From Dicyema japonicum (Eukaryota; Animalia; Dicyemida): a stretch of DNA of 64,000 bases. The notes under the pieces are model-generated. The model saw only the letters and a list, made by a program, of their open reading frames with translations. It was not told the DNA's origin and ran no database searches. Numbering within the stretch: the stretch's first letter is position 1; every line of letters starts with the position of its first letter. The position numbers and the translations under genes are program-made. Location of the stretch: NCBI GenBank assembly GCA_011109175.1, contig RDEW01000030.1:304094-368093 (forward strand), given 5' to 3'. Positions 60,200-64,000 of the stretch are shown here, in pieces.

Positions 60200-60900
60200 T
60201 CTTTAAATAATTAGACACGGGCAAGTATACAATCTTCACCACGGACAGAAAAGAAAAACACACTGGATTTGAACATTTATGGAGACCCCTTACCATTACA
60301 GATTCTTCCAACTATCCTGGGAATGACATTTGACTCTTTGATGACATTTTCCCAACATGTGAAGAACGTTATGACAAAGGGTCTCAGGAAACTAAATATA
60401 ATCAAACCGCTCTTGAAGTTCAGGCCTTCACAGGAATGCGCTGTCGTCTTGTTCAATCAACTCATAAAACCGACGATAGAGTATGCTTGTGCCTCATGGG
60501 CCTATGGAGCTTCGATATCAAATTCATTCAAGATCAATTCCCTAATTGGCATACTGGCACGTCTAACGAATCTACCCCCCGATCTTTTCCCTCCAATAAT
60601 TGACCACGCCGCAATCAAAAGTAATGGCTTCAGCTTCATCGGTCTGTGTGGCCAAGAAACAAGTCGTTTCTTCCATTCAAGACTAGAGGCCTCAAATACA
60701 TGAAATTTGGGGAAAAAACCCACACCTTTTCAAACTCTAATGAAAGATGATCGTTGTCTATTCAGGAAAACCGTGGGTACTTTGAAGGAACATAAGAAAA
60801 ACCTCTCGATCCTGTTGAGGTGTACCGGGATCACTTAATTAGTTGGTTTACTCCTTCTTTCTTGATGTTCCATTTTCGGGGTTATTAAATAAATAAATAA
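60200..60900 (+). mobile_element. Jockey/I-group LINE 3' fragment
   Basis: PTILGMTFDSLMTFSQHVKNV..LFNQLIKPTIEYACASW; 3' end with GGGATCAC and (TAAA)n, shared with 37340-37420. Confidence 0.8.
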
Positions 60901-60939
60901 TAATAGCGACTGCCCTTCATCGCTGTGGAGATTAATCCA

Positions 60940-61370
60940 GGACTCCAAAACTAACTGCAGGAAAAGGACTGGCATGGACACCGGGATATCCTCTATCATT
61001 ATGCTTGCTGCAGAAATAATTATATCACAAGTTCAAATGTGGATTCAGATGAAATATTATATTCAATTCCGGCAAACAAAACTTGAACTTTATTGTATTA
61101 ATATTGAACGTAACGAGTTATCACAATTTCAAAATTTATCGAAAATACAAAGTACTTTTAAGGAAGAGGATTTACAAGTTTACATATATCATCTTAAAAA
61201 ATGTACAACGATTTTTAAAACGATATATTGATCTTTTCAACTTAGTTATTCCGCCATGGATTATTGATCCTTTCAATGTAAAGCTTTCCACAGTTGAGAT
61301 GGAGATACAAGAAGACACAATAGATTTGCAATCAGGCAATTCAAGCTTTCGATAACCATCAAAGAAATTT
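60940..61370 (+). mobile_element. hAT (Charlie/Buster-like) transposase C-terminal remnant
   Basis: KLELYCINI..VYIYHLK and RYIDLFNLVIPPWIIDPF..IQEDTIDLQS across a frameshift. Confidence 0.65.
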
Positions 61371-61509
61371 TTGGATATACAGTGAAGTCCCTCTAATTGG
61401 CCAACCATTAAAAGTTCACGTCAGGCCTTCAAGAAAGCCAATTTTCCTAAGAAATTGGCCAATTCTCAATTTTTTTTAATTTATTTATTATCAAATGAAT
61501 AAAAATTAA

Positions 61510-61850
61510 ATTAAGGCATCTGAATGGCCATGCTATTTCCCCTAACAATAGCCAACGAGATACGTTCTCGGAACCAACCAGTCTCTCGCGAGATCCTTGG
61601 TCACAGCTTGAATCATGGAGCCGATCTTACGAACCAACTCATCTGCTTGGGGGCCAAGGATTCCTGACGTTTCCACCGCGAATGGAACAAAAAGATACTC
61701 CTCCGAAATTCTCTGGTACTTCCTCCTCTTTCGTTCCTCGGCCTGCTTTGAAGCATGTCCTGGGTCTAAAGCAGAAGCAACCAAATTAGACGGGGAATAA
61801 GTATCAACACACGTCGCGTCCCAGATTCTCAAATTAGTCACATATAATAA
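61510..61850 (-). mobile_element. CRE-clade REL endonuclease/3' end
   Basis: IWDATCVDTYSPS..AEERKRRKY..FVPFAVETSGILG..ERISLAIVRGN. Confidence 0.85.
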
Positions 61851-61981
61851 AAAAACATAAAATTTATTTTTACTAATCTTTTTCAATTTTTTATTAAAAA
61901 AATCAAAATTTCAATCTAAAAAAATTCCCATAAGTCCATATTAAAAACATCTAAAAATTATTCCTTCAACAAAGACACGCA

Positions 61982-62272
61982 GGTGTCGGACTAAAGTGAC
62001 TTATGTTACGGGTTCGATTCTCGCTACTATTCACTTGGTGGAAGGTTCCACGCATCTACGATGCCAAAAGGGTTTGACGAGTGACGCCGTCATCATGGAT
62101 ACTCGCTGTGGAACTGGATTGTCTAGAAAAGACCCACACACAAGAAAAAGAAAAAAAGAAGTGAAGATCATTATACGATTAGTTAACTGTTCTTCACTTA
62201 AATAAAGTGTGTGTCCTGCCTATGCGGAGCTATAAATATTATGGCTCTCGTGAAAAGGCTATTATTATTATT
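61982..62272 (+). mobile_element. 5'-truncated copy of the tRNA-SINE with 11-bp TSD
   Basis: AAAGACACGCA at 61971-61981 and 62273-62283; B box and (TTA)n tail intact. Confidence 0.92.
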
Positions 62273-62283
62273 AAAGACACGCA

Positions 62284-62990
62284 AATCGTTAAAATTTCCT
62301 GAACTTGATACTAAGCTTGTTGAATGGATGAATTTGATGGAATCTAATGGTATTTTTAATATGTTTTGTGTGCTTTGTTAAATGATGCACTAATATCAAA
62401 TAAGCACAAAATATTTCTGAAAAGTTATCTATTAGTGATTTCAAGAATTCAAAAGGATTTCTTACAAGATTCAAAAAAGACATGGTTTTCGAGTGCATAA
62501 ATTACATGGGGAAATGATAACTGACAAATAAGAAGGATTTGCAGATCACTTTGAAGAAATTTCCAAACATTCTAAAGAAAACGAAATTTACAGTAAGTAC
62601 GAGGCATGGCTTTATTATAAACTGATTCCGTCCAAATGGTGAATTCTGAAAAAAAGATGAAATAATTGATTTTTTATTGATTTTCCATCAACCCATTTGG
62701 TGGAATGTGGTAAAGTAGTATTACTTACAAAAACGAAGAACGACCTCGATGAACTGCGGAAACGTGTGAGGAGGAGAGTTATACGCAGAAAACTGGTAGA
62801 ACGGATAGTGAAGAGCACAGTAAAGGCGGAACCCTGAGTATTCATATGCTTATGGGTAACTAACTAATTGCTCAATGGACTGAAATCTTACAAGATCTCA
62901 ACTCACAAACTCTAAGTATTGTAACACATTTTAAAGACAGCATACGAGGAAAGCCCGCCTGTATTGTTTCAATGAAAGCAAAGTCAAGTG
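62284..62990 (+). mobile_element. pogo/Tigger-like transposase remnant
   Basis: DFKNSKGFLTRFKK..HGFRVHKLHGE (HTH_Tc5-like). Confidence 0.65.
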
Positions 62991-62999
62991 ATCATCTCA

Positions 63000-63520
63000 A
63001 GTGAGTAAAATTAGTAGAATATTGACTTTTGCATGACGCATCAGCTTAAATTCTTTGAAAGGAGACCAGTTGCTCACATTTATTTGTCGAAATTTTTTAG
63101 AAGTAATGTCCGCCTTAATGAATCTGTCAACTCTGATCTCATCCAAATCATTCATTGCGAAAGCTGGAACAGATTGAGTCTTATGTTTCCTCTCATTCTT
63201 CAACGCCATACTCAGATTGAACAGATTCTGTAAAAAACAGAATGAAGACTCTTTAATCAGACTAGACGAGGACTTCATTTCCAATTCCAAAGTATTGCCA
63301 ACAGATTGCTTGTTTCGAAAAAGTTCTTGTCTTGTAACCAACTGTATTTACTCAAAATTTTCGGCTTGAAGAAATGTGGAGTTACTTTCTTATTCAGTAC
63401 TCCCAATATCCCAATCACACATAAATCCAAGCACCATTTTCCCACATAGAAAAGTGACCACAAGCACCCCTCTCTAGATGTATTAACGCTGTTTCCATCT
63501 GATAGAAAGTTCAAATGTGA
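63000..63520 (-). mobile_element. Possible RTE-like LINE internal fragment, decayed
   Basis: KLMRHAKVNILLIL resembles the RTE RT segment SLMSHAxKxxLxIL; weak. Confidence 0.4.
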
Positions 63521-64000
63521 GACTAACCTACAACTATTCTTATCACTAGTAAACGGAAGGTTCTCGAAGTCATTTATGAAAACCTGATGACCTTATCACA
63601 TCACACTGATAAATTCTTGACCAAGGGACTCTGGAAATGGAATGTGTTGAGGAGAGTTGTATGGAAGAGCACTTTCTCTCCCGCAGGCTGATTCAGGCTG
63701 TACAATCAGGTCACCAATTCATCAATTGATTATACCTGTCCTGATTCCGTCCAAATGGTGAATTCTGAAAAAGAAGAGAATTTAAGCTGATGCGTCATGC
63801 TTTGGTATCCTCGAGAAATTAAATTCAAAGAATTTTTTACATCTTTCTTGGTGGTCGCTGGGCTCTTTTATAATAATCATTATTAACTGAGATGTCGGGA
63901 GAGATTATAAAAATTTGCAAATCGTTTTATATGTGCAGCTTCCAACAGATAATTAGAGTTTTTAAGCCTTAAACCAAAGGTGTTTGATCGTTAGAAGAAG

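Overview
AT-rich animal genomic DNA with two contrasting compartments. (1) Twelve small host genes with ultrashort spliceosomal introns. I placed 43 GT-AG introns in coding regions: 40 are 21-30 nt and the mode is 23 nt. Ten models splice into an intact frame; HIPK and SAMD15 also need single-base corrections. Genes: SPDEF-like ETS factor, HYPK, TPD52, MRPL15, SAMD15-like, kinase-only HIPK, REXO1, MGAT2, FAU (FUBI-eS30), a probably GPI-anchored 3xIg+2xFN3 glycoprotein, and two paralogous 50-63 aa orphan microgenes starting Met-Gly-Asn. HYPK, FAU and the microgenes are absent from the supplied ORF track. (2) Dense, nested, mostly decayed transposon DNA between genes: RTE, Jockey/I-like, CRE and R4-like LINE fragments, a tRNA-derived SINE sharing its 3' end with an RTE, pogo/Tigger and hAT remnants, a 548-bp foldback MITE with a 9-bp TSD, and a probable Polinton PolB relic. 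Animal-specific genes plus 21-26 nt introns best match dicyemid mesozoans; this is inference, not a database result. All family assignments come from motif recognition by eye. Boundaries of decayed elements are approximate.
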